A stretch of 64,000 nucleotides of DNA from Spirochaetia bacterium (GTDB lineage Bacteria > Spirochaetota > Spirochaetia > SZUA-6 > Bin103). Within the stretch, counting starts at the first letter, position 1. Each line of letters opens with the position of its first letter. A program made the position numbers and the translations under genes. The notes under the pieces are model-generated. The model was not told where the DNA came from and did not search any database. It was given only the letters and a program-made list of their open reading frames with translations. Below, piece after piece: positions 1-8,653 of the stretch. The stretch covers positions 1,728,001 to 1,792,000 of the forward strand of contig CBDATQ010000001.1 of NCBI GenBank assembly GCA_965199955.1, written 5' to 3'.

Positions 1-267
1 TTGACGGCGGTCCCCATACCGGATGGGTTCTCCCGTCTCGGTTACGACGCTGTGGTGCGGGACGTCGGCAAGACCGAGGGAGACCTGAACTTCCCGTCGG
101 GCTTCGGCTGCTCGCCGCTGTGCTGCAACGGCATGGCCGAGGAATACCCCGTAAACCGGTACTGCCTGGTCGACGATCTGGATGCGGCGATCGCCATGGC
201 TCGCGACTTCGCTGCCGGCAACTGCGAGCCCGGCCCGTACTGCGTGGTCGAGGTCTGGCGGCGCTAG
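1..267 (+). CDS. Hypothetical protein, 3' part (5' end outside window)
   Basis: Open frame with host-like codon usage ending TAG at 265-267; Cys-rich (CSPLCCNG...RYCL...CEPGPY); family not recognised. Confidence 0.55.
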   Translation: MTAVPIPDGFSRLGYDAVVRDVGKTEGDLNFPSGFGCSPLCCNGMAEEYPVNRYCLVDDLDAAIAMARDFAAGNCEPGPYCVVEVWRR

Positions 268-784
268 CCGTAGCGGCCGTCAGCCGCGCCAGGGCTCGTT
301 TCGTCGCGGCGATAGCGGCTGGCCAGGTACTCGTCGACCGATGTGCGGGAGCTGCGCCAGTGACCGTCGGAGCCGCGCGTAGTGCCGAAGCCTTCATGCC
401 GGGGGTCTCGAGCGCGGCCAGTGGCACGAGCCGGTCCGGGTCGGCGACGGCCGGGATGACGAATCGGTGGAGGCTGTCGAGTATCGCCCGGGCGAGCATC
501 TCGCCCAGAGCGCTTGCGTCTCCCGTGTCCGCTCGCTGCAGCGCGCGCAGGTACCGGGCGCGGTCGCGCTTGTAGATGATGGCGGGCGGATAGCCGTGAC
601 GGACCAGGACGAGGTTAAGGAGCAGCCGTCCGGTCCGCCGGTTGCCGTCGAGAAACGGGTGGATCTGCTCGAACCGGCAATGGAGTGCGGCGAGCGCCTC
701 GGGAAAGGCCACTCTGCTGGAATCGAGGGCGTTCACCTGGTCGACCCAGCTCGCCATCTCCGCGGGGACGAAGGGCCAGGAGTC
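264..784 (-). pseudogene. Fic-domain protein remnant (5'-truncated, frameshifted)
   Basis: Minus strand reads ...LHCRFEQIHPFLDGNRRTGRLLLNL (Fic motif at 626-661, G to R relative to HPFxDGNGRxxR); in-frame TGA just upstream; probable C-terminus (GSDGHWRSSRTSVDEYLASRYRR...TAG at 264-266) is in another frame. Confidence 0.75.
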
Positions 785-846
785 TCAGTTCACCAGGCGC
801 TCAAGCTCCGCGAAGAGTGAGCGAAGCGTTCACGCTATGATCCGGC

Positions 847-864
847 GGGGGGGGGGGGGGGGGG
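847..864 (+). repeat. Poly-G homopolymer (18 G) in the 5' UTR of the amidohydrolase gene
   Basis: Counted directly; lies between TATGAT (836-841) and ATG 869. Confidence 0.9.
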
Positions 865-868
865 ACCT

Positions 869-1753
869 ATGAGCGACCTGGAATTCACCGATACGCACGT
901 TCACTTCTACGACCTGCGCGATCCCGGCCTGCACTACTCGTGGCTGGTCCCGGATGCCGAGGAGGATCCCGATCTGGGCAACCACGACGCGCTCAAGGCC
1001 GTCCGCTACTGGGCCGACGACTTCATCGCGGAATCGCGCCTGGCCGGCACCACCAAGGCCGTGCACGTGCAGGCAGCGCTCGGCATCGAGGACCCGGTGG
1101 AGGAGACCCGCTTCGTGCAGGGGTTCGCCGACCGCCTGGGGTTCCCGCTCACCATCGTCGCCTTCTGCGACCTGACCTCCGGCGACGCCGAGCGCGTGAT
1201 CGAGCGGCACGTGGAGTATCCCGGCGTGTGCGGGATCCGTGACCTGCGCTACGACGACTACCTGACCGACCCGAGGTGGGAGCGCGGGTATGCGCTGCTG
1301 GAGCGGCATGGGCTGGTCTGCTGCGACGACCCGCTGGTGCCGGTCATGGGCGACGCGGTGAAGCTGGTCGAGCGCTACCCCGGCATCACCTACTGCATCG
1401 ATCACACCGGCTTTCCGCGGCGGCGCGATCCCGAGTACTTCGAGGAGTGGAAGCGCGGCATGCGCTCGCTGGCCGCCTTCGACCACACCGTGGTCAAGAT
1501 CTCCGGTTTGGGCATGTGCGACCACCGCTGGACGGTCGACTCGATCCGCCCCTGGGTGCTGGAGTGCATCGACGCCTGGGGCGTCGAGCGCTCGTTCTTC
1601 GGCACCAACTGGCCGGTGGACCGGCTGTTCTCGTCCTATACCGACGTCATCCAGGCGTACCGGCAGATCATCGCCGACTTCAGCCACGACGAGCAGGTGG
1701 CGCTGTTCTCCGGCAACGCCGACCGCATCTTCCGCCTCAAGCCGGCTGAGTGA
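869..1753 (+). CDS. Amidohydrolase family protein (amidohydro_2; sugar-lactonase-like)
   Basis: DTHVHFYD, IDHTGFP, VKISG and FGTNWPV motifs. Confidence 0.85.
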   Translation: MSDLEFTDTHVHFYDLRDPGLHYSWLVPDAEEDPDLGNHDALKAVRYWADDFIAESRLAGTTKAVHVQAALGIEDPVEETRFVQGFADRLGFPLTIVAFCDLTSGDAERVIERHVEYPGVCGIRDLRYDDYLTDPRWERGYALLERHGLVCCDDPLVPVMGDAVKLVERYPGITYCIDHTGFPRRRDPEYFEEWKRGMRSLAAFDHTVVKISGLGMCDHRWTVDSIRPWVLECIDAWGVERSFFGTNWPVDRLFSSYTDVIQAYRQIIADFSHDEQVALFSGNADRIFRLKPAE

Positions 1754-1883
1754 GCGTGTTGCGCGCCGGCGGGCACCACTGGGACGTGGCGATCGCGAAG
1801 CGGTTCGCCCACTGGTCGGAGCGGCTGGTGGCGGCCGTCCGCGACGGCTCCCCCCGTGGCCGAGTCCGTGCACTCCTATCTGA

Positions 1884-1991
1884 CTCGGCTTCTCGGGTGG
1901 CCGCCTGGACTTTGTCCTCGCCCCTGCTGCCGCCACCGGCGATGAATTGCCAATAATTCGACTCTTCGCGCAAGAAGGCCGCATATTGAAT
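1884..1991 (-). pseudogene. NUDIX hydrolase fragment
   Basis: IQYAAFLREESNYWQFIAGGGSRGEDKVQAATREAE fits the Nudix box G-x5-E-x7-RE and then breaks off. Confidence 0.65.
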
Positions 1992-1996
1992 CGCGG

Positions 1997-2059
1997 AAAG
2001 AATCGTTGAATGTCGTGGATTAGCTCTTGGCGCTGCTTTTCGGATAGCTGGAACTCCAT
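1997..2059 (-). pseudogene. Possible DUF2164-like N-terminal fragment
   Basis: MEFQLSEKQRQELIHDIQRFF resembles the start of that family; joined out of frame to the NUDIX scrap. Confidence 0.4.
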
Positions 2060-2094
2060 CCTTCCGGGTATCCTCATTGTCAACGGTTTGCTAC

Positions 2095-2955
2095 ATGATC
2101 GATTTTCAGAGGTCGCTGTTCACGCGCAAGTCGCAGCCGTGGCATCCGCACCGGTACTACCGGTATCACGGCGGGTTCGTGGGCACGCCGGGGCAGGCGT
2201 ACCACGTGCGGTTCACGCTGGAGGCGGCCTGTACGGTCGAGCACCACGCGTCCGGCACCACGGCCGAGCTGTTCCTGGGCGCGCCGTGCCGGAGCGAGTA
2301 TACAATCGCCAGCCGCAATCTGTTCCAGGTGCCGAGCGGCGAGTACCGCATGGCGTTCAGCCGCGCCGCGAAGCTGAACCTGGCCACCGGACCCTCGACC
2401 GAGTCGGAACCGGCAAGCACGGAGCCGCTGGGTGCCGGCTATCAGGACCACACCATCGACGTCAGAGCCTGCCCCGGCTCCAGCCGCCTGACCGGCGCTG
2501 CCGAGGTGGTACAGGCGACCCTGCGCCACGACCTGCTCAACGCGCAGAGCCGTTACGTCAGCGACGGCTTCACCGTGACGGTCGAGTACCCGGTCAACCT
2601 GATCAACCTCAACGGGGAGGACGCCGAGTTCCAGGTCTGCACCGGGCCCGTCCTGCTGCCCGATCTGGCCACGTGGGACGGGCAGCAGCCGGGGCGCGTG
2701 TTCCTGGCGCACGCCGCCTTCTCCGCGTTCGACCACGTGGAGTTCATTTTGCGCCGGCAGGTGGAGGCCGCGCCGGAGGAGCGGCGCTGGCTCGACCTGC
2801 CGCGCGGCCGCGACCGGTTCGAGCTCATCGATCCCGCGGTGTCCCCGCCCGGCCATCCGCCGCGTCGCCCTCGGCCGTACGCCTACAACGAGGTCTGGGA
2901 GCTGCCCGCAGAGAACGCGATCCTGGCCGCGGCCAACGACGCCCCGCGTCGCTGA
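2095..2955 (+). CDS. Uncharacterised protein (paralog of 30969-31706)
   Basis: Long ORF with host codon usage; shares CxSExT, EYPV and QVxTGPVxxPDL motifs with the 30969 ORF. Confidence 0.8.
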   Translation: MIDFQRSLFTRKSQPWHPHRYYRYHGGFVGTPGQAYHVRFTLEAACTVEHHASGTTAELFLGAPCRSEYTIASRNLFQVPSGEYRMAFSRAAKLNLATGPSTESEPASTEPLGAGYQDHTIDVRACPGSSRLTGAAEVVQATLRHDLLNAQSRYVSDGFTVTVEYPVNLINLNGEDAEFQVCTGPVLLPDLATWDGQQPGRVFLAHAAFSAFDHVEFILRRQVEAAPEERRWLDLPRGRDRFELIDPAVSPPGHPPRRPRPYAYNEVWELPAENAILAAANDAPRR

Positions 2956-2958
2956 GAA

Positions 2959-3268
2959 CTACGACTCGTAGAGCGAGAGCTTGCCGCGGCGCACGTCGGT
3001 GGTGTTGTCCACCTCCAGCACGACGTCCGGGAGCATGTCGCTGCCGACCTCTATCGCGGGACCCGCCGGCCGCGTCTCGCGCGGGTGCAGATACACCGTC
3101 TGACTCGCCCTCCAGGATGCGCAGATAGGCGCCCTGCTCGTCGCGCATCAGAAGGTCGGCTGCCTGCCCCGAGGGTGCCGATCGGCGATCCGCGCGTCTG
3201 GGCGATCAGGGTCAGCAGCTCGCGAAGGCGTTGCCCCGGGTGTTCGTGGTAGATGCTGACCGGCGCGC
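2959..3268 (-). pseudogene. Uma2/DUF820 endonuclease remnant
   Basis: Pieces in three frames: YHEHPGQRLRELLTLIAQTRGSPI / DLLMRDEQGAYLRIL / YLHP...LPDVVLEVDNTTDVRRGKLSLYES-stop. Confidence 0.65.
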
Positions 3269-3315
3269 GCACCGGGTTTGACCTGAGGCCGGCGGCGGTG
3301 TCTGATATCCGCGCC

Positions 3316-4041
3316 ATGGCAACTCATCAGACCACCCTCAAGGACAAAGTCCGCTCGGGCGCTCCGCTCCTCGGCGCCGCGGTGCCGATGTTTTCCGACC
3401 GCCCGCGGCTGGCGCAGCTCGCCGCCCGCCACCGCTACGACTGGTTCCAGGTCGACGCCCAGCACTCGGCCTTCGCGGAGGTCAGGCTGCGCGATTTCTG
3501 CAAGATCGCCGCCGAACTGTCGATGCCGGTGGTGCTGCGCATCAAGCACACGCGCCTCACCTTCCTGATCGGCAACCTGCTCGACCTGGGCCCGGCCGGC
3601 ATCGAGGTGCCGCAGGTGGAGCTCGAGGCCACGGTGGACGAGGCGGTGGCCAACTTCTACTACCCGCCGGACGGCGTTCGCAGCATGGGCGGCCAGGACC
3701 GTTATCGCTTCATCGACCAGACGCTCGACGAGTACATCGAGCTCTGGCACCGCACCGGCGTGCTCGCCATGCAGATCGAGTCCATCACCGCGGCCACCGC
3801 CGCGCGCCGCCTGGTCCGGCCCGGGGTCGACTTCGTCACCTTCGGTCCCTCCGACATGACGCTCGACATACGGCGCTATCCCAATCACGCCCTCAAGACG
3901 GTCGAAGACTGCGTCGCCTACGTGGCCAACGACCTGCAGGGCACCGGTGTGCGCGCCTGCATGCGCGTGGCGGCCGGCGACGACACCTCCCACTTCGAGA
4001 AAATGGGGGTGACCATGTTCCTGGAGAACCAGATTCCGTAG
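3316..4041 (+). CDS. HpcH/HpaI aldolase family protein
   Basis: VDAQHS, LDLGPAGIEVPQVE, YYPPDGVRS, QIES and FGPSDM motifs. Confidence 0.85.
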   Translation: MATHQTTLKDKVRSGAPLLGAAVPMFSDRPRLAQLAARHRYDWFQVDAQHSAFAEVRLRDFCKIAAELSMPVVLRIKHTRLTFLIGNLLDLGPAGIEVPQVELEATVDEAVANFYYPPDGVRSMGGQDRYRFIDQTLDEYIELWHRTGVLAMQIESITAATAARRLVRPGVDFVTFGPSDMTLDIRRYPNHALKTVEDCVAYVANDLQGTGVRACMRVAAGDDTSHFEKMGVTMFLENQIP

Positions 4042-5673
4042 TCACGCGGGGCGGACCGGCTCCAGCCCGGAGGGGGTGACGCGGATCCGCTGTGCGCGGG
4101 CCAGGGTCCGGAAGGTGTCCCAGTACACGTAGAGGACCTCGTCCGGGGCGACCTCGACCATCGAGCCCATCGCCCACAGGCCGGTGTCGATCATCGTGCC
4201 CTGGTCCCAGGTCAGCCCGTCGTCGTGGCTGCAGTGCAGTGTCAGCCCCGGCATGCGGTGGGCGATCAGCAGCGCCCCGGAGGCGGCGCGCACCATGTTG
4301 GGCGAGGCGTAGCCGGCGAACGGCCCGCGCACCGCCGGTCCCCAGGTGCGGCCTCCGTCGTCCGACCAGCTCTCCCACATCACGGGGGAGTAGATCGGCC
4401 GCATGTAGGCGATGACGCGGCCCGAACCGAGCTCCGTCGCCGTGCACTCGGTGAGGTCCAGGTTGCCCTCCATCGGCGTGCCGTCGTCGAGGAAGCCGGG
4501 CGTGTCGACGTTCACCGGCGCGCTCCAGGTGGCGCCGTCGTCGTCGCTTCGCGCGCAGAACGCCTGGCAGTGCCAGGAGCCCCACGTATGGAGCGACAGC
4601 GGGTTGTCGTGCATGTCCTTGCCGAGCAACAGGAAGGCAAGGACGCCGCCGTCGGCCAGGTTCAGGAAGCCCATCGGCGCCAGGCTCTGCACCGGCGGGT
4701 CCTTGGGCGGCCCGACGTGCAGGTTGATGGTGCCGGCCTCGCTCCAGGTGCGGCCGCGGTCGCCCGAGTCGTACACCCGCTTGTGGTCGGTGCCCGGCAG
4801 CATCGCGATCAGGCGTCCCCGCGGGGTGAGGTGCATGCGCGCCGGTGACCAGGAGCTGGCCAGATCGCCCAGGCCGAGCGGCTGCAACTCCGACCAGGTG
4901 CGGCCGTCGTCGGCCGAGCGGGTCAGGAACGGCTGCGCGTGCGCGGTCAGGGCGTCCGAGGTGTCGTCCTGCACGTTCACGAGCATCAGCAGCTCGCCGT
5001 CGTCGAAGCGCTTGATGTCGGTCGGCTGCTGCCAGTACCCGGGTCCGGCCGGCAGCGGGTGCCACCAGTTGGTGGGGTGCTCGAACCCGGGACGCCAGAC
5101 CGGCGGCGCGGATCGCCCGTCGACGCGGACGTTGCCGAGCTCCGCCTTTCCGAACAGGTAGGCGCCGACTGCGCCGGGGCCGGCGTACGTGCCGTCGCGT
5201 ACCTCGAAGCGGCCGTAGTCGCCGACGCGCACGGTGAAGCGGTCGCCCTGCAGGGTGATCTCGCAGCGCATCCGGATGCCGTTGGTGCTCGGCACCCGTG
5301 GGAGCATCTGCAGCCGGATCAGCTCCAGGTAGCCGGCGTCGCCCATTTTCGACAGCGCTGCCCAGAAGTGCTGCGCGCGCGACGCCTGGCCGCAGTTGGG
5401 AAAGTGCACGAGGTAGAAGTGGGACTCGTCGCGGGCCCGCAGGATGATGCCGGTGTCGCTGTGGCTACGCAGCATGAAGTCGAAGCTGACCCGGCAGTCC
5501 TGCAGGGCGCGGGTGCGATCGAACGCGAAGTGCGCGCCCTGCAGGGGGGCGATCTCGGCGTCCGCCAGGTCGGGCGGAATCTTCAGCGCGCCGTCGCCTC
5601 CGTCCGTCCAGGCGCCGTTGACGAAACGCCAACCCGAGCCGTCGCCGATCGTGAGGGGAGTGGTGGTGGCCAT
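4042..5673 (-). CDS. BNR/Asp-box (sialidase-fold) protein with N-terminal DUF1080-like beta-sandwich domain
   Basis: Five Asp boxes (SADDGRTW, SGDRGRTW, SDDDGATW, SDDGGRTW, SHDDGLTW); N-terminal DTGIILRARDESHFY and GAVGAY segments. Confidence 0.8.
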   Translation of the reverse strand: MATTTPLTIGDGSGWRFVNGAWTDGGDGALKIPPDLADAEIAPLQGAHFAFDRTRALQDCRVSFDFMLRSHSDTGIILRARDESHFYLVHFPNCGQASRAQHFWAALSKMGDAGYLELIRLQMLPRVPSTNGIRMRCEITLQGDRFTVRVGDYGRFEVRDGTYAGPGAVGAYLFGKAELGNVRVDGRSAPPVWRPGFEHPTNWWHPLPAGPGYWQQPTDIKRFDDGELLMLVNVQDDTSDALTAHAQPFLTRSADDGRTWSELQPLGLGDLASSWSPARMHLTPRGRLIAMLPGTDHKRVYDSGDRGRTWSEAGTINLHVGPPKDPPVQSLAPMGFLNLADGGVLAFLLLGKDMHDNPLSLHTWGSWHCQAFCARSDDDGATWSAPVNVDTPGFLDDGTPMEGNLDLTECTATELGSGRVIAYMRPIYSPVMWESWSDDGGRTWGPAVRGPFAGYASPNMVRAASGALLIAHRMPGLTLHCSHDDGLTWDQGTMIDTGLWAMGSMVEVAPDEVLYVYWDTFRTLARAQRIRVTPSGLEPVRPA

Positions 5674-5687
5674 GCGCGCAGTGTATG

Positions 5688-6767
5688 TCAGGCGTCGGCC
5701 GCGGGCACGTGCTCGCGCAGCAAAGCTCCGGCCAGCAGATCGCGGAACCGATCGTAGCGGGTGCTGCAGCCGACGACGTAGCAGTCGTCCTCACGGTACT
5801 TGCGGATGCCGGACAGCAACGGCACCGCCAGCCTGCCGTCCGGTTCCGTCAGGGCGGCGTCCCGACCGGGCACGAGCACCCGGTCGCGGATGTCGCGGAC
5901 CTCCAGCACCTCGCCGTCCGGGTCGACGTGGGCGGCGTAGTGCGGGTCGGCGAGCCGGCAGCGCGCCCGCGCGTAGAAGCCAAGCTGCAGTTCGTTCGGC
6001 AGCTCCCACAGGAACAGCCGCACGTCGTGGTCGAGGGCAAGGCGCTCCACGAAGCGCGCGCCCCCCAGCACCGGCGCACCGCTCACCGACAGGTCGTAGT
6101 CGTTCTCCACCGGGTGCCGCCAGCCCAGGATGGATGGGATCATCGCCTTCCAGGTCATCGCGCACTGCTCGAACCCCTCGCCGAAGGCCACCGAAGTGAC
6201 GGTGCGCGGGTCGCAGGTGAAGCCGCGCGTCGCCATCTCGGTCTCCAGGAAGCCGGCGTACAGGTAATTGTTGGCGATCACCTTCAGCGCGCCGGTCCCC
6301 CAGGAGTAGCCGTCGCGCGCGCACGCGGCCTCGATCTCGGACCGGATCGGCGCGCGATGTTCCGCCGGGATGCTCGCCCAGTACGCCGCGCAGCCGGCAT
6401 GGTCGGGGTCGTGTAGCACGTGACGGATCGGCTCCGGCACGCCGTCCAGGCCTGCCGGCTCGGTGATCACTGCGCCGCGCTCGACCAGGCATCGGTCGCC
6501 CAGCGTGTCGAGCGCGTGACGCTCCAGGTCGCTCATCAGGCCGTTGTCGCCGATCGGGTGCAGGTAGAGCAGCTCGCCGGGCCGCATGGCGGCGATGAAC
6601 TCCTTCTGCAGGGCGACGACCCGGCGCTCGCGATTGCGCGCGGCGTACCACCAGGAGCGGCGCACGCCGTACGTCTCCAGGAACTCGGGATCGGGCGCCT
6701 CGCTCATGGCCCAGCAGGCCGGATGGAACAGGAAGACGATGCGGTCGATCACACGCGTCCGCGCCAC
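5688..6767 (-). CDS. Uncharacterised protein (paralog of the divergent 6794-7648)
   Basis: Long ORF; FLFHPAC, FGEGFEQC and LWELP motifs; GTG 6767 chosen because TACCAT lies 7 nt upstream (ATG 6776 is the alternative). Confidence 0.75.
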   Translation of the reverse strand: MARTRVIDRIVFLFHPACWAMSEAPDPEFLETYGVRRSWWYAARNRERRVVALQKEFIAAMRPGELLYLHPIGDNGLMSDLERHALDTLGDRCLVERGAVITEPAGLDGVPEPIRHVLHDPDHAGCAAYWASIPAEHRAPIRSEIEAACARDGYSWGTGALKVIANNYLYAGFLETEMATRGFTCDPRTVTSVAFGEGFEQCAMTWKAMIPSILGWRHPVENDYDLSVSGAPVLGGARFVERLALDHDVRLFLWELPNELQLGFYARARCRLADPHYAAHVDPDGEVLEVRDIRDRVLVPGRDAALTEPDGRLAVPLLSGIRKYREDDCYVVGCSTRYDRFRDLLAGALLREHVPAADA

Positions 6768-6774
6768 GGGCGGC

Positions 6775-6784
6775 ATGGTAGCCT
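6775..6784. promoter_or_regulatory. Candidate bidirectional promoter (overlapping -10 boxes)
   Basis: ATGGTAGCCT gives TAGCCT on + (9 nt before ATG 6794) and TACCAT on - (7 nt before GTG 6767). Confidence 0.5.
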
Positions 6785-6793
6785 GTCCGGCCG

Positions 6794-7648
6794 ATGAGCG
6801 GCCGAACCGGGGAGCGACCTTGCGGCTCCATCATCTTCCTCATCCACCCGTGTTGCTACGAGGTGCTGTCGGACGAGCAGGTGCGCGCCGACAACCTGGA
6901 CCTTTTCGTCCGCATGGAGCGGGAAGTAAAGGAGCGCTGGCTCGCGGATCTGCGGGGCCGCAGGGAGCCGACGCTGTTCGTGCAGCTTGGCGGTCCCGGG
7001 TACCTGGCCGAAGCGGCTGCCGCGGCGCTCGGCGCGCCGTATGCGCTGCGCTTCACCACCGAGTTCGATGGATCGATCACCCGCTTCTACGAGGGATTGA
7101 CAGCCGAGTTCCATCGCCACGTCGCGGCGCATCGCGTGGCGCTCGACCTGGATACCGTGGCGTCCGAGCTCTGGGGCGAGTCGTTCGAGGGCTGCGTGCC
7201 GGGCTACGGCGGCGCCTTCGCCCAGTACCTGCCGCTCGGGCGGGCGCCGAGGATGCGCTTCGAGATGACCGTGCACGACTCTCGCCTGCTGTACGGCCAT
7301 CGCGGGCACGAGGTGATTCCGTTGCCCGGCACCGACGTCGAGGCATGGCTGTTCGAGCTGCCGGACGGCACCGGCGCCGCCATGTTCCAGGCGCGGCGGC
7401 ACGCGCAGTGGATCGACCGCCGGCGCATCGGCCTCAGGCTCGACGACCGGCGCATCCAGGTGCGCACGAAGCTCGGCCACACGGTCTGGCCGCCCGAGCC
7501 GTGGGAGAAAGGCAAGCCGGAGCTGGTCTGCGACTACAGCATGGAGCTCATGGAGTGCATCTGGCGCTGGGTCCACTCGGTCGGCATGCCGCTGGACCGT
7601 TTCCGGGAGGTCATCGCCGGCGCCGTGGTCCACGACGCGGCTGACTGA
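6794..7648 (+). CDS. Uncharacterised protein (paralog of 5688-6767)
   Basis: FLIHPCC, WGESFEGC and LFELP motifs. Confidence 0.78.
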   Translation: MSGRTGERPCGSIIFLIHPCCYEVLSDEQVRADNLDLFVRMEREVKERWLADLRGRREPTLFVQLGGPGYLAEAAAAALGAPYALRFTTEFDGSITRFYEGLTAEFHRHVAAHRVALDLDTVASELWGESFEGCVPGYGGAFAQYLPLGRAPRMRFEMTVHDSRLLYGHRGHEVIPLPGTDVEAWLFELPDGTGAAMFQARRHAQWIDRRRIGLRLDDRRIQVRTKLGHTVWPPEPWEKGKPELVCDYSMELMECIWRWVHSVGMPLDRFREVIAGAVVHDAAD

Positions 7649-7652
7649 GGGG

Positions 7653-8636
7653 TCAGGGCTCGTCGGGCGTCCAGCCCTGCGGGCAGTCCTTGAGGATCGC
7701 CAGCTTGAGGCCGGCCGAGCGGCGGTCCAACTCCGCGGCCGCCTCCGCGGGCAGCTCCCAGTCGGCGTCGCGGAAGTTCTGCCGCACCTGCTCGGGCGTG
7801 TCGGTGCCGATGATGGCGGCGTTCACGGCCGGCAGGCGCAGGCACCAGGCGGTGGCGACGCGGGTGGGGGAGGTGCCGTAGCGGCGGGCGATGTCCAGCA
7901 CCGCGTCGATCACGCGGCCGGCCGCCGGGGTCATGGCGGCGCGGAAGTTGTACGGGCCGCGGTACCAGGAGGTGCCGGCCGGGGGCGGCTGGCCGTAGCG
8001 GTAGCGGCCGGCCAGCAGGCCGATCGCCGTGGTCGCGAAGGCGGTGACGCCTATTCCGGCAGATTCGATGTCCGGCATCAGATCCTCTTCGATTCGCCGG
8101 TCGAGCAGGCTGTAGCCCACCTGGTTGCAGACGTAGCTCACCCAGCCGCGTTCCCGGCTGATCCGGGCCGACTCCAGCACCTGAGCCGCGCTGAAGTTGC
8201 TCACCCCCGGATAGCGCACCTTGCCATCGGTCACCAGTTGGTCGAACGCGGACAGCGTCTCGTCGAGCGGCGTGTCCGGGTCGGGGAAGTGGCACAGGTA
8301 GCAGTCGATATAGTCGGTGTCGAGCCGCCGCAGGCTCTCCTCGCAGGCGCGCAGGATGTAATCGCGCTTCAAGCCCCCCGCGGCGCCGGGCATGGGCGAG
8401 CCGACCTTGGTAGTGACGACGAAGCGGTCACGCCGCCCCTTGACCGCCGCGCCGACGGTCCGCTCGGAGCGTCCGGTGCCGTAGAAGTCGGCGCAGTCCA
8501 GGAAGTTGCAGCCGCGCTCGGCGGCGGCGTGGATGGTGGCGATGCCGGTCGCCGTATCCGGCTCGCTGCGGAACACGGTGCCCAGGCAGAGCCGGGAGAC
8601 CCGCAGGTCCGAGGTGCCCAGGCGGGTGTACTGCAC
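7653..8636 (-). CDS. Aldo/keto reductase
   Basis: LDCADFYG, TTKVG, SLRRLDTDYID.YLCH and GKVRYPGVSN motifs. Confidence 0.9.
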   Translation of the reverse strand: MQYTRLGTSDLRVSRLCLGTVFRSEPDTATGIATIHAAAERGCNFLDCADFYGTGRSERTVGAAVKGRRDRFVVTTKVGSPMPGAAGGLKRDYILRACEESLRRLDTDYIDCYLCHFPDPDTPLDETLSAFDQLVTDGKVRYPGVSNFSAAQVLESARISRERGWVSYVCNQVGYSLLDRRIEEDLMPDIESAGIGVTAFATTAIGLLAGRYRYGQPPPAGTSWYRGPYNFRAAMTPAAGRVIDAVLDIARRYGTSPTRVATAWCLRLPAVNAAIIGTDTPEQVRQNFRDADWELPAEAAAELDRRSAGLKLAILKDCPQGWTPDEP

Positions 8637-8653
8637 GGCTGCCGTCCTGTCGG

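Noticed and set aside
830..2083. Long antisense or overlapping ORFs in the track (e.g. 830-2083, 18110-19852, 43383-45197, 45215-47170)
   Set aside because: Shadow ORFs typical of high-GC DNA; they lack motifs and overlap well-supported genes
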